Shown: positions 41,070 to 55,637 of the stretch, piece after piece | Numbering within the stretch: position 1 is the first letter of the stretch | Layout of the letters: each line of letters starts with the position of its first letter | Source of the DNA: the human T2T-CHM13v2.0 reference genome, Homo sapiens | Assembly: GCF_009914755.1 (NCBI RefSeq) | Contig: NC_060935.1 | Strand: one strand, 5' to 3' | Length of the DNA stretch: 64,000 nt | Program-made: the position numbers and the translations under genes | Notes under the pieces: model-generated | Database searches by the model: none | Told to the model about the DNA's origin: nothing | The model's input: only the letters and a program-made list of their open reading frames with translations

Positions 41070-42419
41070 GCGATGGTGATTTTTTATTTTGTTGATTTTT
41101 GCTTTTAATTATCATATTTGTCCACTCTGTGTGTGTGTCCAGATTTTAGCTAAACACTGGCCATGAATTAGTGTGTTTACTTCTCAAAACAGCCTCAGGA
41201 AATATGTATGATTTCGTCTCCATTTCACAGATGAAGAAATCAAGGCAAAATTTTCATGCCTTGGCCACAGATACCCAGCCTTACCCTGCTGTCTGGTTCT
41301 AGAGTCTGTGCCCTCCAAAATGAATTCTGCAGGTACAGCAAAGAGCATAAGGTCACGAAATTCATCTTTGAAAATAAGAGCTCAGTAATTCACATAGAAA
41401 ATAATGTGGACAAGCACAATCCATTCCCTGCTGGGTGAGATAGAATGTGAGAGAAAGAAGTCTGGAAAGCCATAATCTTAACATTAATCCAAGATGCGAG
41501 TGAATTTGAATTTGAGCTTTTAATATGTTATATACAGGCCAAGCAAGCTGAGAGCTATTTTTAGCTCTAAGTTATGAAATACAATCACATGGACAGGTGG
41601 CCTACATTTTCAGTTTTATATTTGGTGAGGAGTTTTGCAGTCAAAGTGAGAATGCCATTGCACCGACCAGGTTTGGAAAAGGCAGCTGGAGTCCTACAGA
41701 TTCTGAGCATGCTGAGCAGGACAGCTAGGTGGTGGTGTGGAGTGGGAGATAGAAAATCTGGAGCCTAGACTCAACACCACCAGTCTATCTATATGACATG
41801 GGAAAAAACATTTGAGATTTCTTTTTTTTTTTTTGCCTTAGTTTTCTCATCTGAAAAAAGGTAGAACATGATGGGGAGGTAAGAATAGAGTATAAAGGGT
41901 TTGTAGGCCAGCAAAAGAGTGAATCGGTATCCTGGTTCTATCACTTAGCATCTGTATCTGAGCCTTAGTTTTACCATCTATAAAATGGGAAATCTGATTC
42001 ATAAATCACAGGTTATCATTTAGTAGAAAATGATGACACTTCTTCATCTGTTTAATCCTTGATAAGTCACTTCACATATTTGGGCCTTGGTTTTATCAAC
42101 TATAAAACTAGGATAATAACCTAAATGTTAACAGGGTAATTATGAGAAACAACAAAGGTGAAAATGCCCACCAGAGCTCACAGCACACACAAAACCATCA
42201 GGAAGTATTTGAGGAGGGGACAGCTTCTAAGGCTCTTTACATCTCTAGGAAATGTGAATTTTGTGCACACTAGCCACTGTTTTCTGCTTACTTCAAGAAA
42301 CAAGTCTAAAGATTTAGGATCTTATCTCTGATGTTCTTAGCAACACAAATAGCAATCTTAAAGAAGGTAAAACATTATTTGGCCATCAGAAATTATCATA
42401 GAATTAAGAGTGGATGAGG

Positions 42420-43385
42420 ACAGCAAAAGAAACAAATAGAGTAAAAAGGGCAACTTACAGAATGGGAGAAAATATTTGCAAACTATGCATCCAACAAAGG
42501 TCTAATATCCAGAATCTATAAGGGACTCAAATTAACAAGCAAAAAACAAACAGCCTCCATTAAAAAGTGGGCAAAAGACACAAACAGTTTTCAAAAGAAA
42601 ACATACAGTGAACAAGCATATGAAAGATGCTTAAAATCACTGATCATTAGAGAAATGAAAATCAAAACCACAATGAGATACCATCTCACACCAGTCAGAA
42701 TGGCTATTACTAAAAAGTCAAAAAATAACAGATGCTTGTGAGGTTGCAGAGAAAAGAGAATGCTTATACACTGTTGGGGGGAACATAAATTAGTTCAGCA
42801 ATTGTGGAAAACAGTGTGGCAATTTCTCAAATAACTTAAAACAGAATTCTTATTTGACCCAGCAATCCTATTACTGGGGATATGCCAGGAGGAATATAAA
42901 TAGATCTGTCATAAAGACACATATACGCATATGTTCATTGCAGCACTATTCACAAGAGCAAAGACATGGAATCAACCTAAATGCCTATCAACAGTAGACT
43001 GGATAAAGAAAATGTGACACATATAACCTATGGGATAATATGCAATCATAAAAAGAAACAAGATCATGTTCTTTGCAGCAACATGGATGGAGCTGGGGGC
43101 CATTATCCTGAGTGAACTAACACAGGAACAGAAAACCAAATATCACATGTTCTCACTTGTGAGAGCTAAACATTTGAACACAAAGAATGGAACAAAAGAC
43201 ACCAGGGCCTACTTGAGGGTGAAGGGTGAGAAGGAGGAAGAGGGCTGAAAAACTACTTATCAGGTACTATGCTTATTACCTGGGTGACGAAATAATTTGT
43301 ACACCAAACCCCCATGACACACAATTTACCTATATAACACACCTGCACATGTACCACTGAACTTAATAAAATAAAGTAAAACAAA
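42420..43385 (+). mobile_element. L1PA15/16-like 3' fragment
   Basis: ORF2 C-terminal peptide MFFAATWMELGAIILSELTQEQKTKYHMFSL; 3'UTR GGTACTATGCTTATTACCTGGGTGACG. Confidence 0.88.
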
Positions 43386-43427
43386 GTAACTATTTCATAC
43401 AGGGAAAAAACAGCAAATGAAGAGATC

Positions 43428-43800
43428 TCTCAGATTAGATTCATTGGGAAATAGACTCTGAGACTGAGATCTGTGTGCAGATGGCTCTCCAGGAAGGACT
43501 CTCAGGAACAGCATCTGTAAGGGAGAGATGGCAGCAGAATTAGAGAGAGGGAGAAATTGTGCTGCAATGCAGTCTCAATAAAGGCCTCAGCCAATCCTTT
43601 AGGGTGCTTGGGAGCTGAGATGGCTCTTGGGAGCTGTGTCAAGGAAACAGGACAAGCAGGGGCAGGCCTTCATACTACTCACTGGCCAATCTTGGATGAC
43701 ACTTCTACAGCTGTTTAATCTTCACCTGGAGCCATAACCTCAGGGGAGGTGGCTCCCATTGACTGAAGGAAATTCTTCGAAGGATTTCAGCTAGGAGATC
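43428..43800 (-). mobile_element. LTR16-like ERV-L LTR remnant
   Basis: AGACTCTGAGACTGAGATCTGTGTGCAG...AAGGCCTCAGCCAATCC...GGAGCTGAGATGGC. Confidence 0.5.
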
Positions 43801-46334
43801 CAGGTAGCACACAATCACATCCACTATCATAGACACTATTGTTTACATAAGATGCGCTTGGAATTGAAGAGAGAAATCTGACGAGCAGCCAACGAGGGAC
43901 CTAAAAAGAAGTGGTTGTTGCAATTAACTTGAAAGTCAGCATACTGGCTCCTGGACACAACGTTGTCCAGCTTTAGCCAGGCTCAAACATTATTCAGATA
44001 AAAAGTGACCATTATCTGAACAGAAAATCAGTAATGTGTTTATAAGGACAAACGTGTTTGTAAGAAAAATGTTTCTGACTCTATCAAAAACATTAAGCAA
44101 ACTAAATGTGTGCTCATACACACAAAAGGGGTTGTGGCCGCCAGCCAGAGCAGCTGTGGTGTGTGAGGTGGTATGCAGAGTTAGAATACTGCACAAAGTC
44201 TCACTCTGTCACTTCCTGGATGTGAGAATTCAGAGACCACTTCTCCTCCCCAGGCCTCAACTTCCTAGTCAGTAACATGCAACAAGGGAACAAAAACAGC
44301 CCTAAGATCTCTTTCATCCTATGTACCAATAATTCCAGATGTTTATTACTATTGTTAGCAAGAACAAAAATAATTAAAAATGGATGCCTTGGTAGTTGCT
44401 TCATTTTCTGCTAAGTTAAATTTTGTGGCAGTGTTTCCTCTGCATTATTCATTTCCTGATAATTTTTTATAACACTTTTTGGTTTTTATTGAAATGTTGT
44501 GGACCTCTCTTTTATTATTGAGGGTGCTTTATTCCCCATACTCTTTAACATTTATAATTTTGTGAGGTCAGTGACTTCTCTCTTGTTCACTCTACTGTCC
44601 ATGGAAGAGTATCTCTCACAAGCTAGAGGTATCAGTTATGTTTCATTATAGACACCAGTTCAGGCTAACTTGAAGGGAAACAAAAGAGGTAATTGAAAGG
44701 ATATCAAGAGGTTTGCAGAATCAAAAGGAAACTGGGCAAAATGCAGGAACCAGGAGCACTTCAGAGGGCTAAGGAACAGAAGTCGGAAGCAAAGAACCAT
44801 GTCATGTCTGGAATGGCCCCACCAGCATTTCCCTGCTATAGCAAATGAGCTCCAAGCCTTGATGCTTCTTTCCATCCCTTGCAGATTCAAATTTAGGGGA
44901 GTGAGAACTTTTTGTTGGCTGAGCTTAGGACTCATGCCTGCCTCTCTATATACCTCCATGAATCTCTCTGTATAGATTTCTCTTCCTTAGGGGGCAGGGA
45001 AGGAAAGGTTATCCTTGCCTCAGCTTCCATAGACTTGTGGGTGGAGAGGGTACAGGAACTAGACACTCTTCTCCCACCAATCTATTCTCCAAGAAAGAGA
45101 TCATTCTCCAAGAAAGTCACGATATTTTAAGCAGGAAAATGGATTCTGGATACACAGAATACCAATATTTGCTAGAGCAGGTGCTCAAATAATGTTTTAG
45201 GTGGATATGTGCTCATACATAAAATGCTGAAAATTTCCTCTGAAGCAAACAAGTGCTTTACTTTAACATAGGTGCATAAGGAAAGCTGTTTTAAATATTC
45301 TTCTACAGCAGTTGAGATTCTGCCTTATCTCCGACATCTATGTGCATGATGTCCAGAACTTCTTTATTGAAGTTTGAATCTATAGCTTAAATTTGAAAAC
45401 CTCAATTTGAAAGATAATATCCCTACTGTTGGGCACCAGTGTATCATTCCAAACTTATTTTCCATTACTTCTCTCCACAGATATTACACTTCAGCCAAAC
45501 AGACACTATTTGTGAAATATATCTGAATAATTTCTATTTTACTGTATCTCTCTTTCTTGTCCAGAGCAAAGTTATCTTCCTCAATTCCCCACCCTAGAAT
45601 CTACCCTTCAACTATTACTATAGCATTTTATATGTATCTCTTGTTGGTTTTTATTATTTTCTACACAGAATTAAAGTTACTTATGTATAGGTCTTATCTC
45701 CCCTTTAGTTTTTTTTAAATAAACTTATTGAATATAGGAGCTCTGTTGGGTCTGTTTCTAAACATTTGAAGTGTGAAATGTAACATATACAGAAAAGTTT
45801 ATAACAGAAATTTAGTTATATCACTTTCTAAAATATAAGAGCTTTGTTTGATTTACCTTTTTTAATATTTTTACTGTGATATATATTTTGGTGTGTGTGT
45901 GTCTAACATATATAAATATATTTTATTTTTTATTTATACATACATGTATATATAATGTATGTATGTGTATATATAATACAAATTTTATATATACATATAT
46001 ATGTGTGTGTATATATATATAAAATTTGGTATTCAAAAAAAGGTGCATAAAATACGTAGGTTCATTTGGCTTTCCTTATCTACCCAGTCTCAACTTTCAC
46101 CTTTCTTCTGAGCTCCCAGTTCAGGTTTCTAAGTATTGAGGCACATCCCCAGAGAGGAGACATGTTAGCATCTAAAATACAACATATTATGGGGCAAACT
46201 TCTCACCTTTTTCACCAAACTAGCACTTCTTTGATATTTCTGACCATGTCATCACAATTGTTTTTAATCAGGCAAAATCCAACAAATTCCTTTAACTGAT
46301 ATGGACTTCACTAATGTTGGCCCAAGGATGCAGC

Positions 46335-46351
46335 ATATATATACATACTAT

Positions 46352-46405
<54 letters not shown>

Positions 46406-46435
46406 TGTACACACACACACACACACACACACACA
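46335..46435. repeat. (TA)n(CA)n microsatellite at an Alu tail
   Basis: Read directly. Confidence 0.95.
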
Positions 46436-46754
<319 letters not shown>

Positions 46755-47389
46755 TGAACTCTTTATTTCACTCCACTGTATGCCCTCACTCCAAAGCCCG
46801 CACATATTTTTGACCTAGGATCTGAAGTATGTGTTTATTATATTTGCTTGATTCATAGGTCACCTATGTTAAAGAAATAGTCCACTGTGGGCACTCAGCG
46901 AATATTGTTTAAATAAGTGAGGCTTGGGAGAAGAGGGAAGGGAACTGATATTTATTTAGTCAATGTGATTTGCTAGATGCTTTATATACCTTAACTAATT
47001 TATTACTCCCAATAGCTTTCTGGGAATTTATTGTTACCTTTTATAGATTAGGAAAGTGAAGCTTGTAGAGGGTCCAGACAGTAGATGATAGCAGCACATA
47101 AACCTAGTTTTTTTTTCAATTTCAAAGACCACAGTGTTCTTTTACTAGACCTCATAGCTTGCACACTGTAAAATTATCACTAAATTCTTATTATTATGAG
47201 TGTATTTTAAAAATAAAAGCTCTTTCAAATATAAAAAAAAATTCTAGATTCAGTTTAACAACAATTACCAAGCAAACATCAATTTCTATCACTCAGGAAT
47301 AGAACAAATTAACTCCCCATGTATTCATTTCTGTTTATTCTGTTTGTATTTATTTGTGGTTCATTTTTACACAAATAAAAATAGGTGAA

Positions 47390-47790
47390 AAATTTGGGGA
47401 AAAAAAACAAAACTGTGCTGAACTTCAGCAGTAATCAAGATAGTACAAATTAAGACAACAATAAAAGACACTATTCTCTAACCAAACTGGTAAAATTTAT
47501 AACTCCAGTAATACTAAGTACTGGCAGTAAGAACTCCCACACACTGTTCATAGAAGTAAAAATTGGCATAACTACTTTGGAAAATAGCATCACATTATTT
47601 ACAAAAGTTGAAAATGAATAAACCCTACAATTCAGCAATTCTACTTCCAGGTATATTTAGCCTAGAAAAATTAATGCATTTGTGCACCAAGATACATGAT
47701 CAAAATGTTCACATCAGCATAATTCATCACTACCCCAAACTGTAGATAGGCCATATAAATGAACATGAAAAAGGAGACTGGACAATTAAA
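47390..47790 (+). mobile_element. Very old L1ME-like fragment
   Basis: AATTGGCATAACTACTTTGGAAAATAG; CAGCAATTCTACTTCCAGGTATAT; CAAGATACATGATCAAAATGTTCAC. Confidence 0.6.
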
Positions 47791-50539
47791 CTTTGTATTT
47801 TCTATTGGGTTATCTGTCTTTTTCTTACTGTTTTCCAGAAAGTTTAAAATACACACACACACATATGTGTATATATATAGACACATAAATATGCACACAC
47901 ATGTGTATATGCATATGTATATACAATAACTTTTTTTCCTAATTAAATATGCTACAAATATCTTATCCCTCCCCCCACACATTTTGTGAAATAATCACAG
48001 GCTAACAACTGAGAAATTCCATGTTATGAACAGGAGGGAGAATTCTCAGGCTTGGATCTAGATACCTGATAGGTGAGATCCTACAGAAATTTTTCTGTAA
48101 AAGCATGATTTCTCTATAGAGATGCAATTATTCTCAAAGGCCCAGTCTCTTCACCTTGTTTGATGACAACAAGTTTCAATTGCCTGTAAAAGTAACGGAC
48201 TGAGGCATTAGTGGTTGACCCTCTTCTAATCTGAATGACCAACTTTCCTACAAGCTCCTGCCAACATGCCATGTGCAATCCCACCTCCATACCCGAGTTC
48301 AGATGGTTGCTTAGGAACTCCCCATTCAGCTCTGCTTATGTTATTACCAACAGCAACACTATAGTTCAAAAGAGGGTAGCAATTCTGAAGATGCTTTCTC
48401 ACCCACTATCTCATTTAGCCTGCAAAACGCCCTAAGGAAGGTATGGCTGGTGCTATTGTCTTCACTTTGATGATAAGAAAATTGGCTCAGAGATACGTGG
48501 CTTATACCAGCTTCACCACTGGCAATTGGTAGAGTTTTGACTAGAAAGTAAGGTTGGAATCTTGGAATTCTGGGTTCCATCTACATTATTCCTTCAGAGC
48601 TTGGCTCACATCCCACATCCTCTGAGGATCTTCCCCTGCCCATAGGATTCTTTCTTGTCCCTGATGAGTTCTAATTATTATTTTCTAGACTATTCATTTG
48701 ATAATGGCCACAAATGTCTTTGAACTATCATCTACCTAGACGTATGTCCTCTGTTCCACCACGTTATTTGTAAGTTGCTCCTGAAGCAGGAACAATATTG
48801 AATATCAACTGGTTTCTTCATCAACTTCACACCATGCCTTTTCTGCAGCTTGTGTCTAGTTAACATTGGCTGAGGCTGGGCTATCACTGTCGGCTGCGGC
48901 ACTCAAAGAGCCAACTCTATCAAGACTGAAAACAAATATGCCCTGATCCATTCATGCTCTGTGGAATACTGGGAAAATTCCTGCTGGTAGTTACTGAACA
49001 TTGAGTCATTAACCTTAAGGTGCATTACATCAGTAAACATATATGCAGGGGGCTTTACTTTGTGGAAGTAGGAATTACATCTTACAGTCTTATTTGTATT
49101 CTTCAGAGTGCCTTCCACATGGCAAGGACTCATTATGGAAGAGTGTAAGTGAGTTACACATTAAGTAAGACCTCCATTGAAATTTACTAACGTACTTGGT
49201 GACTTATTTTTTCAGAGTCTTGGTCAGGGAAGGCAAAAACTCAGTTTCACACCTCGGTTCCTCTTTTTAACAGTAGACAGGTAAGTTAACTTCTCAAAGC
49301 TTTGGTTTCCTCCACTGCAAAACTGAAGCACAAATAACTATATCATGGTGAATAAATGAAGGTAAAAGTATAAAATTTCTTTTTATACCACAAGTACTTT
49401 ATAAAATATAAAAAAGGGTCAAACAAGATTTGGTTCTTTGTGAGTTTAAGCAAGTTAAACTGTAAAAATCGGGGTTTTTAATTGTGAAATGAGAGGATTG
49501 GTTTAGATTAGTTTTAAATTCTTTCAGCTTTTGGCTAAAGAGTCTATGACTCCGCAATTCCAGCTTCAATTGCCAAGGAATTTAATATTTTAATTTTCCA
49601 CTCCCAATACATAAACCTCAACAAATGCTTTAATGCACAAAGGGAACATCCTATTTAGAATAATTCAATCATAATCCATTTTTGAAAGAATAATCTATCC
49701 TGATATAAATAACTGCCCTGATTTATGAATTTTCACATTCTTTTTTGAACATTTCAGGTAGGAAGTCCCTGTGCCTTTATTGCACTGCATTGAGCGGCAG
49801 GCCCTACGCACAAGGTCTCTCATTCATCAGACAATTCCTGCAGGGAGCAAGTGGGTGTTGTTATTAACCAAATGGGCATTTAGTCTCCATTTGACAGATT
49901 TCCTATGTGGAAGGGAAGAGCTCCTTGCAGTAACGTATACTCTGTGAATTGATGTCTTGCTGGCGACAGGACATCTCCTTCTGAGTAGTTTCTATAAATG
50001 AATACCCGTGTAATGTCAGCTTGAAATATGTCTGCTGTAGAGCTGGGAACTTGGAGGGCAGGAAGTTAAACAAGGAATGAAAATAAAAGCTAGGATTTGG
50101 ATGGGACGAGCTTCACCTATCAGTCCTTGGACTTCCTATTTTTGCTCAGGCAGCTCAAGAGCCAAAATAAGAAGTCCAGGGAGAGCTAAGTGAAGAAAGA
50201 GCTAGTATAGAAATCTCAATGGTATGAAATACACATTCATTATGATGGGCACATTCACATACTTAATTTCATATTACCCTCACACTTTATCCTGTATATT
50301 GGGTTCAGTAAGACTAAATGACTTTCTTGAGGTCACACAATTGATAAGAACAGTTAGAATTTTCATCCAGCTTTTGATAGTACTCTTTTATACCTATTTA
50401 CAGTCAGATAGAACACTTGTTTGAGGTGATTTCAACATAAAATATAAATATGTAGACATTGAGCCCTTAAATCTCAGGAGGCCCACATTTTCCTGCCTAA
50501 ACTGAGGTATAGAGGCATAACAAAATATGTCCATAAGAA

Positions 50540-50727
50540 TGATAAAATGGACTTTGGGGTCTCGATGGGGGAAGGTTGGGAGGGAGGTGAGGAATAAAAG
50601 ACTATATATTGGGCACACTGCTCGGGTGATGGGCACATTAAAATCTCAGAAACCACCACTAAAGGACTTATCCATGTAACCAAAAACAACCTGTACCCCC
50701 AAAACTAATGAAATAAAAATTAAAACC
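50540..50727 (+). mobile_element. L1PB-like 3' end
   Basis: CATAAGAATGATAAAATGGACTTTGGGG...CACTGCTCGGGTGATGGG...AACCTGTACCCCCAAAACTAATGAAATAAAA. Confidence 0.8.
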
Positions 50728-52681
50728 ATAAAAGAAATAAACATGCCCAGATACACATCTTAATATATACTGTAATGGTTATGATATATAGACTCTAGAC
50801 TTTAATTTTTTTATAGAAATCTAAATGGCCTAGTGGTGAGGAAAGTTCCTGCTTGGGCTGGGCATAGAAAGAAGTTGGGAAAGAAAAAGAGGAGAAGGAT
50901 AAAATGAAGTAAAGAAGGAGGAGCAGGATGAGGAGGGAAAAAAGTCAATTATATCAAGTAGGGAAAATGTGTACCTGAGATTGGAATGCACCCAGTGCTT
51001 GGATAGCTGCTTCCCAGGCTCTTCTCCAAATGCAGATACTCTTGAGCTCTGTAGATTTCAATGAGAAAGATTCCTATATGCAGTGGATCCTGGCCTGTAA
51101 AGGCTGTTCTTCCTGTGTGTTGCTGAATAGGCCTCATTGCTAAAGAAGAGGGGAGGGAGGGGGCTGAATGGGGGAGGTATAGGTTGTCTAGGCCTTGGGC
51201 TCAGAAGCTCCTGATCTTTTCAGGTGATGGCAACCATGTGCCAGAGAAAGCTATTCTCATGTTTCTCATGTTCCATAACTCCTTCTTTGCAATTTTTCCC
51301 AGAAGACTTATGATTTATCCTCCTCAGACAGAGGCTGCCCTGTACATAATGGAGCTTGATAATCTGAAAACTAAATTGACATTTTAAGCCAACTGAGTTA
51401 GCCAACCAAGATTTCTGGTTTTCATCTATAAGGTCAAAATTAATTTGTTGGGTTTTTTGGGGAGATTTTGAAATCATGATCTATTGTGGTGACTTAGATT
51501 AACTGTAGTTATAAACACCATCAAGGAGTTGATACGTGAGAAGTGAAATTAATCACCACTCCCTTCCCACACACACACATTTGCTCACACCATCTAGCAC
51601 ATGAAACAAGACCTGAAGGTGTACTAGCACTGTGCGTCACCGTGCTGTTCCTAAGAAGTAAATTTCCAGGCAGGCTTTTTTATTCTTGTAGCATCTAATT
51701 ACAGAACACCGGAATGCAATGGAGACCCAGAGGTGAGCTGAATTATTGAAAAAGTAAAAGCAAAGACAGTCCAGAAAGCTATTATATATCTTCATAATAG
51801 ATTCACCAAACTTAAGGGTGCTAAGAAATGCAAGCATTTAATTCAGAAAACAAATATATTTTTTCATAGCTCTAGGGAAAACTGCTTTTTTTCTCTAAAC
51901 CTTCTGGAAGTTTTGGTAATTATGTTAGACAGAGACAAGAAACATAAAAGATAGTGTAGGCTCTCCGAAGGAAGTTGTATTTAGTCAGGTTAAAGTTGAA
52001 GTAATTCATCTATTAAAGCATTCCCATATTTCTGTATATAACAAGGTGTAATGTTTCCCCAATGATTTAGCAAAAGGGAATGGAAATTACAAAGGCACAT
52101 GACTAGTGAGTAGGATAGGAATGTGGGTAGAGAAGGGAGAGTAAGGGGTTGGAAAGATTTAATCGTCAGCTACCTGACTCGATCTAGCGCCTTGTCCTTT
52201 AAATTACAACTTTCTCTCAAATATCATTTAAAATATTGAAACATCCTTTGTCTACCTCAGAAAGTCCAACTTTCAAACTCGCAGAACAAAAGAATAAAAA
52301 AGATACTGTGTGTTCAGTTGATAAAAATGAAGGTGAAATCTTTACACCAAGTTTAATAGTGAATGAAAAATTCTTACAATTAAAAACAGGATGAGGAAAA
52401 TTTGGTACATTCATTTGTATGCTTCAATCTTCTGCTTTAAACCACGTCAAGAAACTAAAGCAAGAAAAGCTTAACTGTCCCATGTTGTTGTTCACTAAAT
52501 ATAAGATTATCTTTCTAAGTAAGACTTTCAACGTGCTGCTTTTTACATCTTCTAATAGCAGAAGTAACCGCTGTTCTTGGGGAAGAAAGAACTGAAACCA
52601 GTCAAACGTTAAAAGTCATGATGGCATTTAGGTGTGAGAGAAAGTTTATCCCTTAATTGCTTGCCTACTTCCCATTCACAT

Positions 52682-53611
52682 TTAATATTGGGGGTAAAGT
52701 TTGTTGAGTATTTTCCAGAGAGCACTTTTCACTTCTTTGTTCCTAAGGCTGTATATCAAGGGATTCAGCATGGGAATCACCACTGTGTAAAACACAGAGG
52801 CTATTTTGTCTGTGTCCACGGACTGGCTGGAGTTGGGCTGTAAGTACATGAAGATGATTGTGCCATAGAAGATGGACAAAGCAGTGAGATGGGAAGCACA
52901 GGTGGAGAAGACTTTCTTCTGCCCTTCAGCAGAATGCATCCTCTGAATGGTGATGCATATGAAGAAGTAAGAAATAAGGATGACCAGGAGGGTGAAAAAG
53001 ACGTTGAAGCCTGCCACAAAGACCACCAACTTGCTGATGCGTGTGTCAGAGCATGAGAGAGCCAGGAGTGGGGGAATGTCACAGAAGAAATGATTAATCT
53101 CATTAGAACCACAGAAGGAGAGTCTGAAGGTGCCTGCTGCATGGATAGAGGCATTGAGGAAGCCAGAGACATAGGAACCAGTAGCAAGGAGGGCACACAC
53201 ACCTGCTGTCATGGTGGTGGTGTAATGAAGAGGCCTACATACCGCTGCATGGCGATCATAGGCCATGGAGGCCAGGAGGTAGCACTCAACAGTGGCAAAC
53301 CCCACAAAGAAGAAGAACTGAGCTGCACATCCATCGTAGGAGATGGCCTTGTCCCCTGACCGCAATGCAGCCACCGTTTTGGGGGCTACAGCTGATGAGT
53401 AACCCAAGTCTACAAGGGAGAGGTTACTGAGGAAAAAGTACATTGGAGTGTGGAGATGGGAGTCTGAGTGGATGATCACCATCATTCCCCCATTCCCAAG
53501 CAGGGTGATGAGGTAGATGAATAAAAATGCCAGGAGGAGGGGTATCTGAAGATTGGGGTCATCTGTTAATCCCAAGAGGATAAACTCTGTCACTTCTGTG
53601 CTATTCTCCAT
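52682..53611 (-). CDS. OR5B21: Olfactory receptor, family 5 subfamily B (class II 7TM GPCR), intact, 309 aa
   Basis: Intronless ORF with OR motifs: N-terminal NST sequon, [59 protein letters not shown]; strong Kozak GCCACAATGG. The OR call is certain; the symbol is from recall of the protein. Confidence 0.93.
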   Translation of the reverse strand: MENSTEVTEFILLGLTDDPNLQIPLLLAFLFIYLITLLGNGGMMVIIHSDSHLHTPMYFFLSNLSLVDLGYSSAVAPKTVAALRSGDKAISYDGCAAQFFFFVGFATVECYLLASMAYDRHAAVCRPLHYTTTMTAGVCALLATGSYVSGFLNASIHAAGTFRLSFCGSNEINHFFCDIPPLLALSCSDTRISKLVVFVAGFNVFFTLLVILISYFFICITIQRMHSAEGQKKVFSTCASHLTALSIFYGTIIFMYLQPNSSQSVDTDKIASVFYTVVIPMLNPLIYSLRNKEVKSALWKILNKLYPQY

Positions 53612-53631
53612 TGTGGCCAGCTTGAATTAGC

Positions 53632-53710
53632 CTGGTGATTAAAGAAGAGGCGTCAACAAAATTCCAATGAAAGTATGAGAAGGGAGGATGGAATGATAAA
53701 AAAGGAGAAA
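53632..53710 (-). promoter_or_regulatory. Candidate 3' splice acceptor for the OR coding exon
   Basis: Minus strand: pyrimidine-rich tract, then TTGACGCCTCTTCTTTAATCACCAG|GCTAATTCAAGCTGGCCACAATG; the AG lies 20 nt before the ATG, as is usual for OR genes. Confidence 0.7.
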
Positions 53711-55396
53711 ACTAATGTATAGAGAGAATGTACTGTGTGTAACACTCATCCTAGAACCCTCTGTTATATTATAGCTTTTAATTCATATGAGATAGGTGCT
53801 ATTATGCCCATCTTACAGATAAGGAAGTTAAGGCTCAGGGAGCTGAATATTGAGCAAGATAGCCTATCTAGGGGTCAGAATCAAAGTTCACCCCTTTATA
53901 TTTCTGAATCTAAAGTTCATACATTCATCTTGAATTCTTTAACACATTTACATCATATAAATACAAATTATGATGTGGATATAAGATTGTATGTATTTAA
54001 TTATTAAAAATAAAAACATCCATCACTTATTGTCTTCCACATTCTACTTCCAATAATATAGCCTCACTAAAGATTTTCTAAATTTATTTTTCCTTAAAAC
54101 AACACAAGTTTATTCTCTCAAAATTCTGGAGGCCAGAAGCCTCAAATCAGTTTCACTGGGCCAAAATCAAGGTGTTGGCAGGACAAGGTGGTGCCCTCAA
54201 GGTCTGTTTGATACTAAATCCAAAGATCTTAACCACAACTTTTGAAGCCTTTATAAATTAATCCCTCAACAGTAGTTCAACTGAAAGGGAGTATGGTATA
54301 TGTAAATATGAGTATGTATTTATATATATTTAATATAAAACTATAAATTTGATATATACAAATGGCTTTGTGTATCTGTGTATATGCATATGTCTTTTTT
54401 CACCCCTTATCAGAAGTCTTTGCTGTAGACCCTAATTCCAGTTAAGTCCTCCTTTCTCTCCCTCCTCAAAGCACTTGAGTCTTGGCTGATTATTGCACAA
54501 TTAGCTGGGCAACCACTCACTCTTCACCTAGCTCTAAGCCCCTTGGGACAGTAACTATCTTCATCCCCTCTGGTCCACTCTCCTTACCATGGCCCCTCAC
54601 ACATGTATGTAAATATTTGGTGAATCAAACAGAACATCAATAGGAAAGTATGGAAATATTTTTCATGCTCTTTAATCCCACAACAAACATCCTATCATCC
54701 TCTTGTCTACCAGGTTTGTGCTTTGGGCCAAAATATTAGCTTAGACTTGTCATATGAAAAATATTCAGGAGTAACAGTGAGTTTGCAGATGGTCAGGCCT
54801 GGAGACAGGTTTCTGTCCTCATTTTAGAGCATTCTTTCTCTCCTATTTTTGTTCCTCAACCTGAGGTGTTCACAGGCTTTCCCCACTCCTAGTAGCAGAG
54901 TGAGTGGGAGCAGACTCAGAAGAAGTGAGGGAGAAAATGTGAGAAGAGAGGAGGAAAAAGGAGAAAACAGGAATTAAAGGAGAAAAATGCTTCAGCTCTG
55001 CTGGACTTTAGCTTACCTTGAAGAGTAACAGCAGCAATTTGATTGGTGACACAAAAAGAAGGGGATAGTGTAGCTTGTCCTTTTTGGATGACCATCACAC
55101 ACACACGATGTGGCTAGTTTCATAAGAACTGGCTCAGTCAGCTTGGTACATTACTATCCAGTAATGTACTAATTGACTTTCTGACCAGCATCACTTTCTA
55201 TTATATTTATCCAGCCTTTTTTAACTTGTTTTTCTTTTGACTTTTGACATGTGTGTATACTCTCAAATTTAGCAAACACAATATCCTGTAATCTATGACA
55301 GGCAGTGTTCTGATCTTACATATTTGGAAACAGAAGGATGTGGTGCCCCTCAAGGTCACATAACTGCTTAACTGTAAAATCTGTACAATTCCAGAG

Positions 55397-55637
55397 CCTG
55401 GTTTTTCAGCCTCAGCACTACTGACATTATGAGCTGGACAGTTCTTTGGTGCAGGGTGTGGTGGGGGAGAGGGAGTGCTGTCCTGTGCATTGTAAGATAT
55501 TCAGCAGTTTCCCTGGCCTCTCTCTAATCACTAGATTCCAGTAACACCACCACCTCCCATTTGTAACAGTCAAAAATGTCTCCAGACGTGGCCAAATGTC
55601 CCCTGAAGGGTAACATTCCCCTGATTGAGAACCACTG
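55397..55637 (-). mobile_element. MER20 (hAT-Charlie MITE)
   Basis: AAAATGTCTCCAGACGTGGCCAAATGTCCCCTG...TTGAGAACCACTG; 8-bp TSD TTCCAGAG / TTCTAGAG. Confidence 0.88.

Noticed and set aside
48090-48145. CAATTA next to a degenerate O/E-like word as an OR enhancer composite
   Set aside because: A single weak match with no supporting cluster; cannot be told from background by eye.
52634-53359. ORFs 52801-53202 (-), 53090-53359 (+) and 52634-52843 (+) overlapping the OR
   Set aside because: Alternative-frame or antisense shadows of the OR CDS with no recognisable motifs.
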